A stretch of 64,000 nucleotides of DNA from Escherichia phage JK1. The position numbers and the translations under genes are program-made. Numbering within the stretch: position 1 is the stretch's first letter; every line of letters begins with the position of its first letter. Below the pieces are notes generated by a model. The model was not told the origin of the DNA, did not search any database, and saw only the letters and a program-made list of their open reading frames with translations. Positions 55,263 through 64,000 of this stretch are shown here, one piece after another. The stretch lies in the sequence record MZ436830.1. One strand, written 5' to 3'.

Positions 55263-55270
55263 TATAAATA
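55263..55270 (+). promoter_or_regulatory. Late promoter TATAAATA (gene 36)
   Basis: Exact motif after the gene 35 terminator, 24 nt upstream of ATG 55294. Confidence 0.6.
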
Positions 55271-55293
55271 CTATTAAAATAAAGGGGCATACA

Positions 55294-55956
55294 ATGGCTG
55301 ATTTAAAAGTAGGTTCAACAACTGGAGGCTCTGTCATTTGGCATCAAGGAAATTTTCCATTGAATCCAGCCGGTGACGATGTACTCTATAAATCATTTAA
55401 AATATATTCAGAATATAATAAACCGCAAGCTGCTGATAACGATTTCGTTTCTAAAGCTAATGGTGGTACTTACGCCGCGACTGTTCGATTTAATGGAGGC
55501 GTACATGTTCCTACTATAGGTAGTAGTCAACAGTGTGGTGTTTATCCAGGTAACGGTGATGCAGCTACTTTTGCTATGGCAAATATTGACATCGTTTCGT
55601 GGAATGGTATTGGTTTTAAATCATCACAAGGTTCAGCAGACCGAACTGTAGTAATTAATACACGCAATGGTGATATTAGTACAAAAGGCGTTGTGACAGC
55701 AGTAGGTCAAATAAGAAGTAATGCAGTTTCTCCTGTATCAGCAAATGACCTTACTAGAAAGGACTATGTTGATGGAGCAATAAATACTGTTACGGCAAAT
55801 GCGAACTCTAGAGTGTTGCGTTCTGGCGACACTATGACAGGTAATTTAACCGCACCAAACTTTTTCTCGCAGAATCCCGCATCTCAACCTTCACATGTTC
55901 CACGATTTGACCAAATCGTAATTAAGGATTCTGTTCAAGATTTCGGCTATTATTAA
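55294..55956 (+). CDS. 36: Long tail fibre distal connector gp36
   Basis: 220 aa ORF; late promoter 55263-55270. Confidence 0.9.
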   Translation: MADLKVGSTTGGSVIWHQGNFPLNPAGDDVLYKSFKIYSEYNKPQAADNDFVSKANGGTYAATVRFNGGVHVPTIGSSQQCGVYPGNGDAATFAMANIDIVSWNGIGFKSSQGSADRTVVINTRNGDISTKGVVTAVGQIRSNAVSPVSANDLTRKDYVDGAINTVTANANSRVLRSGDTMTGNLTAPNFFSQNPASQPSHVPRFDQIVIKDSVQDFGYY

Positions 55957-55964
55957 GAGGACTT

Positions 55965-58900
55965 ATGGCTACTTTAAAACAAATACAATTTAAAAGAAGC
56001 AAAACCGCAGGTGCACGTCCTGCTGCTTCAGTATTAGCCGAAGGTGAATTGGCTATAAACTTAAAAGATAGAACAATTTTTACTAAAGATGATACAGGAA
56101 ATATCATTGATCTAGGTATTGCTAAAGGCGGTCAAATTGATGGAAATGTAACTATTGATGGAACTTTACGCGTCAATGGACCAATAAACAACTTTGGAAA
56201 TTTTTCTACAAGTGGTACTATTACGGCAAGTAATATTGTTTCTGCTACAGTATTCAGATCAACATCCGGTTCATTTTATACAAGAGCAATAAATGATACT
56301 GCAAATGCCCATCTTTGGTTTGAAAATACAAATGGCTCAGAACGTGGCGTTTTATATTCAAAACCGCAGTCTGAAAATGAAGGCGTAATTACAATGCGTG
56401 TTCGTCAAGGAACCGCTGCGGGAGCTCAAAATTCAGAATTTCATTTCATTTCTACTGATGGCGGTATCTTCCAGGCACGCAAATTAACTGCTTTAACTTC
56501 TATTAGTACACCAACTATTAGTGTTAATTTAATTAATCATGATTCTAAAGCCTTTGGACAATACGATTCACAATCTTTGGTTAACTATGTTTATCCTGGA
56601 ACCGGTGAAACAAATGGTGTAAACTATCTTCGTAAAGTTCGTGCTAAGTCAGGCGGAACTATGTGGCATGAAATCTGTACAGCTCAGACAGGACAAGCTG
56701 ATGAAATGTCATGGTGGACTGGTAATACTCCTCAGTCTAAACAATACGGTATTCGTAATGACGGACGAATGGCTGGACGTAATAGCCTTGCATTAGGTAC
56801 ATTCACTACAAATTTCCCGTCTAGTGATTATGGCAACGTCGGTGTAATGGGCGATAAATATCTTGTTCTCGGTGACACTGTAACTGGCTTGTCATACAAA
56901 AAAACTGGTGTATTTGATCTAGTTGGCGGTGGATATTCTGTTGCTTCTATTACTCCTGACAGTTTCCGTAGTACTCGTAAAGGTATATTTGGTCGTTCCG
57001 AGGACCAAGGCACCACATGGATTATGCCTGGAACTAATGCCGCTTTCTTGTCTGTTCAAACGCAAGCTGATAATAACAATGCTGGAGACGGCCAGACGCA
57101 TATTGGGTACAATGCTGGCGGTAAAATGAGTCATTATTTCCGCGGTAAAGGCAAAACTAATATTAATACTCAGGAAGGTGTAGACGTTAACCCGGGTATA
57201 TTGAAGTTAACCACCGGCGGTGAAAGTATTAGCTTTAATGCCGCAACTGGAAGTATTAATTCTACATTAGCTTTTCGTCTTAATAAAGGCATAATTATTG
57301 ATGGACCTGATAATCAGGGATTCCAGTTTAACGCCCCGACGGCTGCAGATGGTACTAGAAGTATATACTGGAACAGTGGTACTCGCGCAGGTCAAAACAA
57401 AAGCCCTGTTACAGTTAAAGTGTGGGGTAATTCATTTAACGCATCGGGCGATCGTGCTCGTGAAACGGTTTTTGAAGTAGCTGATGGGCAAGGTTACCAT
57501 TTTTATTCTCAGCGAGTTGCTCCCGGATCAGGTTCTACTGTCGGACCTATTCAATTTCGAGTTAATGGTGGTTTATTAACTTCTGGTGGTATTACATCAT
57601 CTGGTTCTATTGTTACTGAATCAAGTTTAGTTGCCAATAATGGCATGTCAGTAAATGGTCAGGCTAAATTTGGCGGAACAGCAAACGCACTGAGAATTTG
57701 GAACGCTGAATACGGTGTTATTTTCCGTCGTTCTGAAAGTAACTTTTACATTATTCCAACCAATCAAAATGAAGGCGAAAGCGGAGACATTCATAGCTCT
57801 TTGAGACCTGTAAGAATAGGATTAAACGATGGCATGGTTGGGTTAGGAAGAGATTCTTTTATAGTAGATCAAAATAATGCTTTAACTACGATAAACAGTA
57901 ACTCTCGCATTAATGCCAACTTTAGAATGCAATTAGGGCAGTCGACATATATTGATGCAGAATGCACTGATGCCGTTAGACCTGCAGGGGCTGGTTCATT
58001 TGCCTCGCAAAATAATGAAAACGTCCGTGCTCCGTTCTATATGAATATTAATCGCACAGATACAAGTACTTACGTTCCAATTGTTAAACAGAGATACGTA
58101 CAAAATAATAGTTGCTATTCTATTGGTACTTTAATAAATGGCGGTAACTTCAGAGTTCATTATCATGAAGGTGGTGATGGCGGTTCTACTGGCGCGATTA
58201 TAAAGGATTTAGGTTGGGAATTTAATAAAAACGGTGATTTTTACTCTCCTGGTAAATTAGGTGCTGGAAATATTCGTATCGGAACAGACGGTAATATTAC
58301 GGGTGGTTCTGGTAATTTTGCTAACTTGAATACCACATTAAACCGTAAGGTCAATTCCGGATTTGTAACATACGGTGCAACTGCTGGATGGTATAAATTC
58401 GCTACAGTAACGATGCCACAATCTACTTCTACTGTTTCATTTACTATAACTGGTGGTAAAGGATTTAATACTGGACTGTTTACACAGTGTGCTATAACAG
58501 AAATTGTTCTTCGTACTGGTAATGACCGCCCAGCAGGTTTAAACGCCGTGATGTATACCAGAACAGCTGCAGGTCTTACTGATATTGCTGTAGTTAATAC
58601 CTCAGGAAATACATATGATATCTATGTTGAATCGGGTACTTATGCCAACCAATTAGCTTATACTTGGCATACAGTTGATAATGCTACCGTAGAAGTTATC
58701 GGCGCTTTTGGTCCTACTCAAAACCCAGTAGATTCTTTGCCAGTTGATCATGTTAAAGGCCAAGTAGCTAACATGCTTAACAACCTAGTAGACACTGGTA
58801 AAGTAAAACGCTATGTAGCAGAGTCGGAAATTGCTATTAATAACCCAACTGGTATTCGTATTACGAGTAATTATGATAGATCAGGTTCTAATTCCGTTTT

Positions 58901-59903
58901 ATTTCGAAATGACGGTGGAAGCTTCTATATTTTACTGACCGACAAAAACTCTTCAGACGGCGATAATAAAGCAACTGAAGGTGATTGGAATGGAAAACGA
59001 CCATTTTCAATTGATATGACTGCTGGTACTGTTCGTCTTGGCGAAAATACTTCTTTTGGTAAAGATGTTACTATTGATGGAAGCATTAATTCACGAGTTA
59101 AAGTTGTCGGACAGTGGAATGTTGGCTTTTCTGATATTTCAGATGTGACTCGTGACCGTTCTGCATTTTTAGTGAATACGGGTGGCATTTCCAAGACAAG
59201 TCAATCTTATTACCCGCTATTTTCTGGATACAGTTTTTTAACTGACGCAGGTTATCGCCAATCGTTTGAATTTGGATGGTTAGGTGTTTCTGGTACTTGG
59301 CGTCAAGGCATTATTCGCATGCGTGGTGACAACCCATCGGGGCAACAGGCTCGTTGGACTTTTGATATGGACGGAACATTTTATGCTCCTATACTATCAT
59401 GCGGATCTGCGAGAGCATTCGGTGTCAATACATCAAATGGTCTCGGTGGAAACAGTATAACATTTGGTGATAGCGATACTGGTATTAAGCAAAATGGCGA
59501 TGGATTATTAGACATATATGCGAACAGCGTACAAGTGTTCCGTTTCCAAAACGGTGATTTGTACTCATACAAAAATATAAATGCTCCAAACGTTTATATT
59601 CGTTCTGATATTCGTTTAAAATCCAACTTTAAGCCTATCGAAAATGCACTTGATAAAGTTGAAAAACTTAACGGTGTCATTTACGATAAAGCTGAATACA
59701 TCGGTGGAGAGGCAATTGAAACTGAAGCGGGTATTGTGGCTCAAACGTTACAAGACGTTTTACCAGAAGCTGTCCGTGAAACAGAAGACAGCAAGGGTAA
59801 TAAAATACTCACTGTTTCTTCTCAAGCCCAGATCGCTCTTCTGGTTGAAGCTGTGAAAACGCTTTCTTCTCGTGTAAAAGAACTTGAATCTAAACTTATG
59901 TAA
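55965..59903 (+). CDS. 37: Long tail fibre distal subunit gp37 (T2-type, with C-terminal intramolecular-chaperone-like segment)
   Basis: 1312 aa ORF; conserved N-terminal region; last ~105 aa carry SDIRLKSN...[15 protein letters not shown] resembling auto-cleaving chaperone domains. Confidence 0.9.
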   Translation: MATLKQIQFKRSKTAGARPAASVLAEGELAINLKDRTIFTKDDTGNIIDLGIAKGGQIDGNVTIDGTLRVNGPINNFGNFSTSGTITASNIVSATVFRSTSGSFYTRAINDTANAHLWFENTNGSERGVLYSKPQSENEGVITMRVRQGTAAGAQNSEFHFISTDGGIFQARKLTALTSISTPTISVNLINHDSKAFGQYDSQSLVNYVYPGTGETNGVNYLRKVRAKSGGTMWHEICTAQTGQADEMSWWTGNTPQSKQYGIRNDGRMAGRNSLALGTFTTNFPSSDYGNVGVMGDKYLVLGDTVTGLSYKKTGVFDLVGGGYSVASITPDSFRSTRKGIFGRSEDQGTTWIMPGTNAAFLSVQTQADNNNAGDGQTHIGYNAGGKMSHYFRGKGKTNINTQEGVDVNPGILKLTTGGESISFNAATGSINSTLAFRLNKGIIIDGPDNQGFQFNAPTAADGTRSIYWNSGTRAGQNKSPVTVKVWGNSFNASGDRARETVFEVADGQGYHFYSQRVAPGSGSTVGPIQFRVNGGLLTSGGITSSGSIVTESSLVANNGMSVNGQAKFGGTANALRIWNAEYGVIFRRSESNFYIIPTNQNEGESGDIHSSLRPVRIGLNDGMVGLGRDSFIVDQNNALTTINSNSRINANFRMQLGQSTYIDAECTDAVRPAGAGSFASQNNENVRAPFYMNINRTDTSTYVPIVKQRYVQNNSCYSIGTLINGGNFRVHYHEGGDGGSTGAIIKDLGWEFNKNGDFYSPGKLGAGNIRIGTDGNITGGSGNFANLNTTLNRKVNSGFVTYGATAGWYKFATVTMPQSTSTVSFTITGGKGFNTGLFTQCAITEIVLRTGNDRPAGLNAVMYTRTAAGLTDIAVVNTSGNTYDIYVESGTYANQLAYTWHTVDNATVEVIGAFGPTQNPVDSLPVDHVKGQVANMLNNLVDTGKVKRYVAESEIAINNPTGIRITSNYDRSGSNSVLFRNDGGSFYILLTDKNSSDGDNKATEGDWNGKRPFSIDMTAGTVRLGENTSFGKDVTIDGSINSRVKVVGQWNVGFSDISDVTRDRSAFLVNTGGISKTSQSYYPLFSGYSFLTDAGYRQSFEFGWLGVSGTWRQGIIRMRGDNPSGQQARWTFDMDGTFYAPILSCGSARAFGVNTSNGLGGNSITFGDSDTGIKQNGDGLLDIYANSVQVFRFQNGDLYSYKNINAPNVYIRSDIRLKSNFKPIENALDKVEKLNGVIYDKAEYIGGEAIETEAGIVAQTLQDVLPEAVRETEDSKGNKILTVSSQAQIALLVEAVKTLSSRVKELESKLM

Positions 59904-59904
59904 A

Positions 59905-59930
59905 AGAGGGCTTCGGCCCTCTAAGGATTT
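59905..59930 (+). terminator. Hairpin after gene 37 (weak terminator or stability element)
   Basis: AGAGGGC-TTCG-GCCCTCT hairpin; the T-run starts only after AAGGA, which doubles as the gene 38 SD. Confidence 0.4.
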
Positions 59931-59933
59931 TTA

Positions 59934-60719
59934 ATGGCAATTGTAGGTGTTCCTGGCTGGATTGGTGAATCTGCCGTGAATGAAACTGGACAACGTTGGA
60001 TGGATGCTGCAATGAGAGCAGTCCGTGTTTCAGTTCCCGGTTGGATGAGCTCAATGGCCGGACAATCTAAAGAAGTATATTATAGCATTGGTGCTAGTAA
60101 TTCTTATAATAAAGATACATTAATAAACTGGATAAAAGCACAAGGGTCCACGCCTGTTGTTATTACTATTACAGGAAATATTGTTTCTCAATCTACTGGT
60201 GTTCCATGCTTAGATTTTCCTAGCTCATTAACTAATGCATACGTGACACTTAATATCAATTCAGGCGTGCATGTTTGGGGCCGTGGCGGGAATGGCGGAA
60301 ATAACTCTGCCGGTGGAGCAGGAGGAACTGCAATAAATAATGGAATTGGAACTAGATTGCGTATTAACAACAATGGTGTTATCGCAGGAGGCGGTGGCGG
60401 CGGTGGAGGCGGATATTATTCTCCTTTTTCACAAATGAAATTGACTTTTGGCGGTGGCGGCGGTCGTCCATTTGGTGCTGCTGGCGGGTCTGCTAATATG
60501 GAACAGGGCGCTACTGCTGGTACTATTTCTGCACCTGGTAAAGGGTCTGTCAATGGTATCTATAATGGCGGGAATGGCGGTGATGCTGGTGCCGCAGGTG
60601 GTAAATGTAATATTCGTGGGCAAGGATCAGAATATAACGGCGGTGCGGCCGGTAAAGCTGTTACTGGTAATGCTCCAACTTGGACTAAGGTTGGTACAAT
60701 ATATGGTTCAAGAGTATAA
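59934..60719 (+). CDS. 38: Receptor-recognising adhesin gp38 (T2-type, glycine-rich motifs)
   Basis: 261 aa ORF with conserved N-terminus and several poly-Gly blocks (GGGGGGGGGY, FGGGGGRPFG) separated by variable segments. Confidence 0.85.
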   Translation: MAIVGVPGWIGESAVNETGQRWMDAAMRAVRVSVPGWMSSMAGQSKEVYYSIGASNSYNKDTLINWIKAQGSTPVVITITGNIVSQSTGVPCLDFPSSLTNAYVTLNINSGVHVWGRGGNGGNNSAGGAGGTAINNGIGTRLRINNNGVIAGGGGGGGGGYYSPFSQMKLTFGGGGGRPFGAAGGSANMEQGATAGTISAPGKGSVNGIYNGGNGGDAGAAGGKCNIRGQGSEYNGGAAGKAVTGNAPTWTKVGTIYGSRV

Positions 60720-60751
60720 TTTTTGAATAAATATCCTTAAAAGGAGGGTCT

Positions 60752-61408
60752 ATGGCAGCACCTAGAATATCATTTTCGCCCTCTGATATTCTATTTGGTG
60801 TTCTAGATCGCTTGTTCAAAGATAACGCTACCGGGAAAGTTCTTGCTTCCCGGGTAGCTGTCGTAATTCTTTTATTTATGATGGCGATTGTTTGGTATAG
60901 GGGAGATAGTTTCTTTGAGTACTATAAGCAATCAAAGTATGAAACATACAGTGAAATTATTGAAAAGGAAAGAAATGCACGCTTTGAATCTGTCGCCCTG
61001 GAACAACTCCAGATAGTTCATATATCATCTGAGGCAGACTTTAGTGCGGTGTATTCTTTCCGCCCTAAAAACTTAAACTATTTTGTTGATATTATAGCAT
61101 ACGAAGGAAGATTACCTTCAACAATAACTGAAAAATCACTTGGAGGATATCCTGTTGATAAAACTATGGATGAATATATAGTTCATTTAAATGGACGTCA
61201 TTATTATTCTGACTCAAAATTTGCTTTTTTACCAACTAAAAAGCCTACTCCCGAAATAAACTACATGTACAGTTGTCCATATTTTAATTTGGATAATATC
61301 TATGCTGGAACGATAACCATGTACTGGTATAGAAATGATCATATAAGTAATGACCGCCTTGAATCAATATGTGCTCAGGCGGCCAGAATATTAGGAAGGG
61401 CTAAATAA
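60752..61408 (+). CDS. t: Holin T
   Basis: 218 aa ORF; N-terminal TM segment followed by a large periplasmic domain; strong RBS AAGGAGG. Confidence 0.88.
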   Translation: MAAPRISFSPSDILFGVLDRLFKDNATGKVLASRVAVVILLFMMAIVWYRGDSFFEYYKQSKYETYSEIIEKERNARFESVALEQLQIVHISSEADFSAVYSFRPKNLNYFVDIIAYEGRLPSTITEKSLGGYPVDKTMDEYIVHLNGRHYYSDSKFAFLPTKKPTPEINYMYSCPYFNLDNIYAGTITMYWYRNDHISNDRLESICAQAARILGRAK

Positions 61409-61681
61409 TTATTTGTTCGTATACATCTCTAGATATCGATATACACCCTCAAAACCCTCGTTGAATTCGTCGATGAGGGTTTTCTTATCTTCTTGAGTTA
61501 ATTCAGAAACAATTTTACGGAATGAATTCTGATTTAATTTTCTACCTTCATGCGTTACTCCAATCTCATTCAGAAATGCAATAAAATTAGCACGATTCTC
61601 AACAATATCTTCTCTGGAAAATTTAATCAAAATAGATGCAACAGTAATAATTTCACGAACTGTATCAATGTTTTTATTCAT
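61409..61681 (-). CDS. asiA: AsiA anti-sigma70 factor
   Basis: 90 aa ORF (MNKNIDTVREIITVASILIKF...) matching recalled T4 AsiA. Confidence 0.92.
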   Translation of the reverse strand: MNKNIDTVREIITVASILIKFSREDIVENRANFIAFLNEIGVTHEGRKLNQNSFRKIVSELTQEDKKTLIDEFNEGFEGVYRYLEMYTNK

Positions 61682-61693
61682 TAACTATACCAC

Positions 61694-61846
61694 TCAATTA
61701 GTTGACTTTATTATAATATCATCAGACGCTTGATTTGTAAACTGGTCTGTGTTATTTTCTTCAAAAATTTTTTCTACGAATTCCTTGAACGACTCACGTT
61801 CCTGAGCTACATTATGCTCGATTACCTTTTCAAGATTATGACTCAT
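61694..61846 (-). CDS. Hypothetical small protein
   Basis: About 50 aa ORF not in the track (MSHNLEKVIEHNVAQERESFKEF...); its ATG overlaps the arn stop as ATGA. Confidence 0.35.
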   Translation of the reverse strand: MSHNLEKVIEHNVAQERESFKEFVEKIFEENNTDQFTNQASDDIIIKSTN

Positions 61847-62121
61847 TCGAAATAATCTTCAATTTCATAATCATGGACATAAATCATTATAGTTTTTAAT
61901 ACATCATCGATACTTTTTCCTGGAGCTGGAATTACGTAAAAATACCCTGCTTTTGAGAGGTCTTTATAAGTTCCAATCAAGAAATCATTATTCTCGAGAT
62001 GTAGTTCTTCAACTAATTCATTAACAATTGAGTGGTATAAATTTGGTAGAAACTTATATAGCTTTTCTAGAATATCAATTTTGATTGTGTATTGAACCAC
62101 GGACTGAGAATCAATAATCAT
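61843..62121 (-). CDS. arn: Arn anti-restriction (anti-McrBC) protein
   Basis: 92 aa acidic ORF, length and position as T4 Arn. Confidence 0.7.
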   Translation of the reverse strand: MIIDSQSVVQYTIKIDILEKLYKFLPNLYHSIVNELVEELHLENNDFLIGTYKDLSKAGYFYVIPAPGKSIDDVLKTIMIYVHDYEIEDYFE

Positions 62122-62204
62122 AGACCTTCCCCTTATGTTTCTGTTTGCGATTAGATTCTTTAAACGCTTTCTTCTTATCCTTATGAACAGAAGCTTTATT
62201 AAAA

Positions 62205-62423
62205 TTATGTTTTGCGACTAAATTGTTCATAGTGCTGAATTACCTCTCTTAAACATTTGCATGTGAATGAAAACTTTTTAGCTACACCACATTCAAATAT
62301 ATGTTCTCTTAAATCGCGTGTATCAGTATATCCCATCTCAACAATAAAATGCCGTATTAGATTTTTATCTTTATCATTGAGAGAGTTAAAATAGTCAGAT
62401 TTTGAATTAATTTCCCTGGCCAA
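62205..62423 (-). CDS. Hypothetical protein (Cys-rich)
   Basis: 72 aa ORF with CGVAKKFSFTCKC. Confidence 0.5.
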   Translation of the reverse strand: MAREINSKSDYFNSLNDKDKNLIRHFIVEMGYTDTRDLREHIFECGVAKKFSFTCKCLREVIQHYEQFSRKT

Positions 62424-62703
62424 ATTGAATCACCTTCAGTTGACGTTTTAACTCTTTTATCATTTCTTCGTTCATCGCAATATAAAGATCGCGTAAAGCA
62501 GGTTTTAGCATGTCATTTATTATAGAACTAAATGGGCATACATAATCTTTTCCTACAAGCTTTTTGGTGAATTCCATATCACAGAACTTAAATCCCGGCT
62601 CATTGGTATAAATTCCCCAATTAGTTGACATCATTTTATTAGCATATTCCAGTGCCTGGATTTGATTCATAATTCCATCGATTTGAAACTTTTTAATATT
62701 CAT
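62407..62703 (-). CDS. Hypothetical protein
   Basis: 98 aa ORF. Confidence 0.55.
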   Translation of the reverse strand: MNIKKFQIDGIMNQIQALEYANKMMSTNWGIYTNEPGFKFCDMEFTKKLVGKDYVCPFSSIINDMLKPALRDLYIAMNEEMIKELKRQLKVIQFGQGN

Positions 62704-63164
62704 TAGTAAAGGTCCTCAGAGTAAAGTTCTTTTTCACTACCACCACGTTCAATACGTACTTGTCCAGCGTAAGTTGCAATAATCATTGCTTCTTCACGTG
62801 TCCAATAATTACTATATTGGTCAATAAACCCTTGGTCATCATCACAAACTTGTTGAGTAACTAATTGAGGTTTAACTACATCTAAAACTTCTGCCATATC
62901 TTTAGAATAATGACGAGCACCTGGAATAATAAGAGTTCGTCCATCTTTTAATTTAAAACGGTTGGCTGCACAGACAATTCGTCGTTGATACTTTTGGTTT
63001 TCATCCCAGTACGCAGTCTGCCAACAGATTTCAGGAACTTCTTTCAGAATATCTTCTTCTGTGCATTTATAACCATGTGCTTTAAATTTTTGAACAAGAC
63101 TTTCTGGAGTCTCACGAGATAAAGGAACATTCAACATTTTTAAACGATTAATAAATGGGTTCAT
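62703..63164 (-). CDS. Hypothetical protein
   Basis: 153 aa ORF. Confidence 0.55.
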   Translation of the reverse strand: MNPFINRLKMLNVPLSRETPESLVQKFKAHGYKCTEEDILKEVPEICWQTAYWDENQKYQRRIVCAANRFKLKDGRTLIIPGARHYSKDMAEVLDVVKPQLVTQQVCDDDQGFIDQYSNYWTREEAMIIATYAGQVRIERGGSEKELYSEDLY

Positions 63165-63490
63165 TTAAACCATCCTTTAATACGTTGCCACAAAGTTTTC
63201 TGCTGAGCTTTGTTAACACCAATTGAACGAATAACTGGTTGAGATTCCTGGAATTCTTTATAATCAGCAAGGTAAATTTCGTAAGCTGCATCCGTAAATG
63301 AACTTATCGCTGCCATAAAATTATTGCGAATACCTACTGGAGCATCTTTACTTTCACGAATAATCATGTATTTACCAGTCTTAATCTTTACGATAGTTCC
63401 AAGATAAGCTCCATGGTACCAAATATCCCAACCCTCTTGAGTAGGTTCTGCACAACGACGAAGTTCATTGACAATTTCTAACTTGTTCAT
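63161..63490 (-). CDS. Hypothetical protein (motA-downstream)
   Basis: 109 aa ORF. Confidence 0.55.
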   Translation of the reverse strand: MNKLEIVNELRRCAEPTQEGWDIWYHGAYLGTIVKIKTGKYMIIRESKDAPVGIRNNFMAAISSFTDAAYEIYLADYKEFQESQPVIRSIGVNKAQQKTLWQRIKGWFK

Positions 63491-63500
63491 TATTTATTCC

Positions 63501-64000
63501 TCACAGTTCAGATGCTACAGTGATTACTGCTTCAATGTTTTCTACTGAGCGTTTAATGTCAAGATACACATTACCGTTTTTAGCGATTTTACATGACATT
63601 CCGATGTCAGTAAATTTCTGAATATGATGTTCCATCATTTTGTATCCAAAAATTCGCATATTTCCATTGTTGTTAATTTCAAAATTACGAATTCCGTGAG
63701 TGCGTTTTTCTAAAATAGCAAGATAGTTACTGCGATAAGTTTCAACCTTTTTAAGAACAAATCCATTTTCATCCAAAAGTTTTAACATGAGGTCTTTATC
63801 TTCTTCCATATCAGAAGTAATCTCGCGAGCTTTACGAGTTGCTCGTTTTTTCAGCAGTTCCGGAGCATTTTCCTGTGCGTATAAAGTTGCTGCGTTTGAA
63901 ATAATATCCTGAGCTTCACCTGTAATGATTAATCCATCACCAGATTTCTCCACCAGGCCCTTTTTAATCAATACCCCAATATTACTATTAACTACTGCGT
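63501..64000 (-). CDS. motA: MotA middle-transcription activator, 3' part (N-terminus beyond window)
   Basis: Frame stays open to the window edge; translation ...AVVNSNIGVLIKKGLVEKSGDGLIITGEAQ... matches recalled T4 MotA; the track's first M is really a TTG Leu codon. Confidence 0.85.
   Translation of the reverse strand, partial: AVVNSNIGVLIKKGLVEKSGDGLIITGEAQDIISNAATLYAQENAPELLKKRATRKAREITSDMEEDKDLMLKLLDENGFVLKKVETYRSNYLAILEKRTHGIRNFEINNNGNMRIFGYKMMEHHIQKFTDIGMSCKIAKNGNVYLDIKRSVENIEAVITVASEL

Noticed and set aside
60300-60620. Runs of GGT/GGC/GGA codons that look like a simple-sequence or CRISPR-like repeat
   Set aside because: They are in-frame glycine-rich motifs of the gp38 adhesin; no spacer/repeat periodicity; no CRISPR array anywhere in the window.

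Overview
This window is a contiguous segment of a T-even (T4-like) coliphage genome, running from the 3' part of tail sheath gene 18 to the 3' part of motA (motA 5' end lies beyond position 64000). Most products are recognisable by protein sequence and gene order, recalled from memory without any database search. Layout: a plus-strand late block of head and tail genes (18, 19, 20, 67, 68, 21, 22, 23, 24); a minus-strand block (rnlB, 24.2, 24.3, hoc, inh); uvsW and uvsW.1; minus-strand uvsY and baseplate 25-26; plus-strand baseplate 51-27-28-29-48-54; a long minus-strand early/accessory region (two Alt-family ADP-ribosyltransferases, DNA ligase 30, a 30.x cluster, rIII, 31, cd, pseT, a spanin pair, alc, rnlA, denA, nrdB, nrdA, td, frd, 32, 59, 33, dsbA, rnh); plus-strand long tail fibre genes 34-35-36-37 with a T2-type glycine-rich gp38 adhesin and holin t; then minus-strand asiA, arn, small ORFs and motA. 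Regulatory signals visible by eye include TATAAATA late promoters, sigma70-like early promoters on the minus strand, two MotA-box middle promoters, GC hairpin terminators and the gene 32 operator pseudoknot. No tRNA, CRISPR array, group I intron or homing endonuclease gene was found. I did not find an unmistakable new system. The best candidates for follow-up are the tandem Alt paralogs with a nearby NADAR-domain ORF, a 53-bp promoter/leader cassette present at two distant loci, several early promoters that carry inverted repeats, and an internal Ig-domain duplication in hoc. The ORF track uses TTG/GTG starts in places, so several starts were moved to the ATG that has a Shine-Dalgarno sequence and matches the recalled T4 N-terminus.
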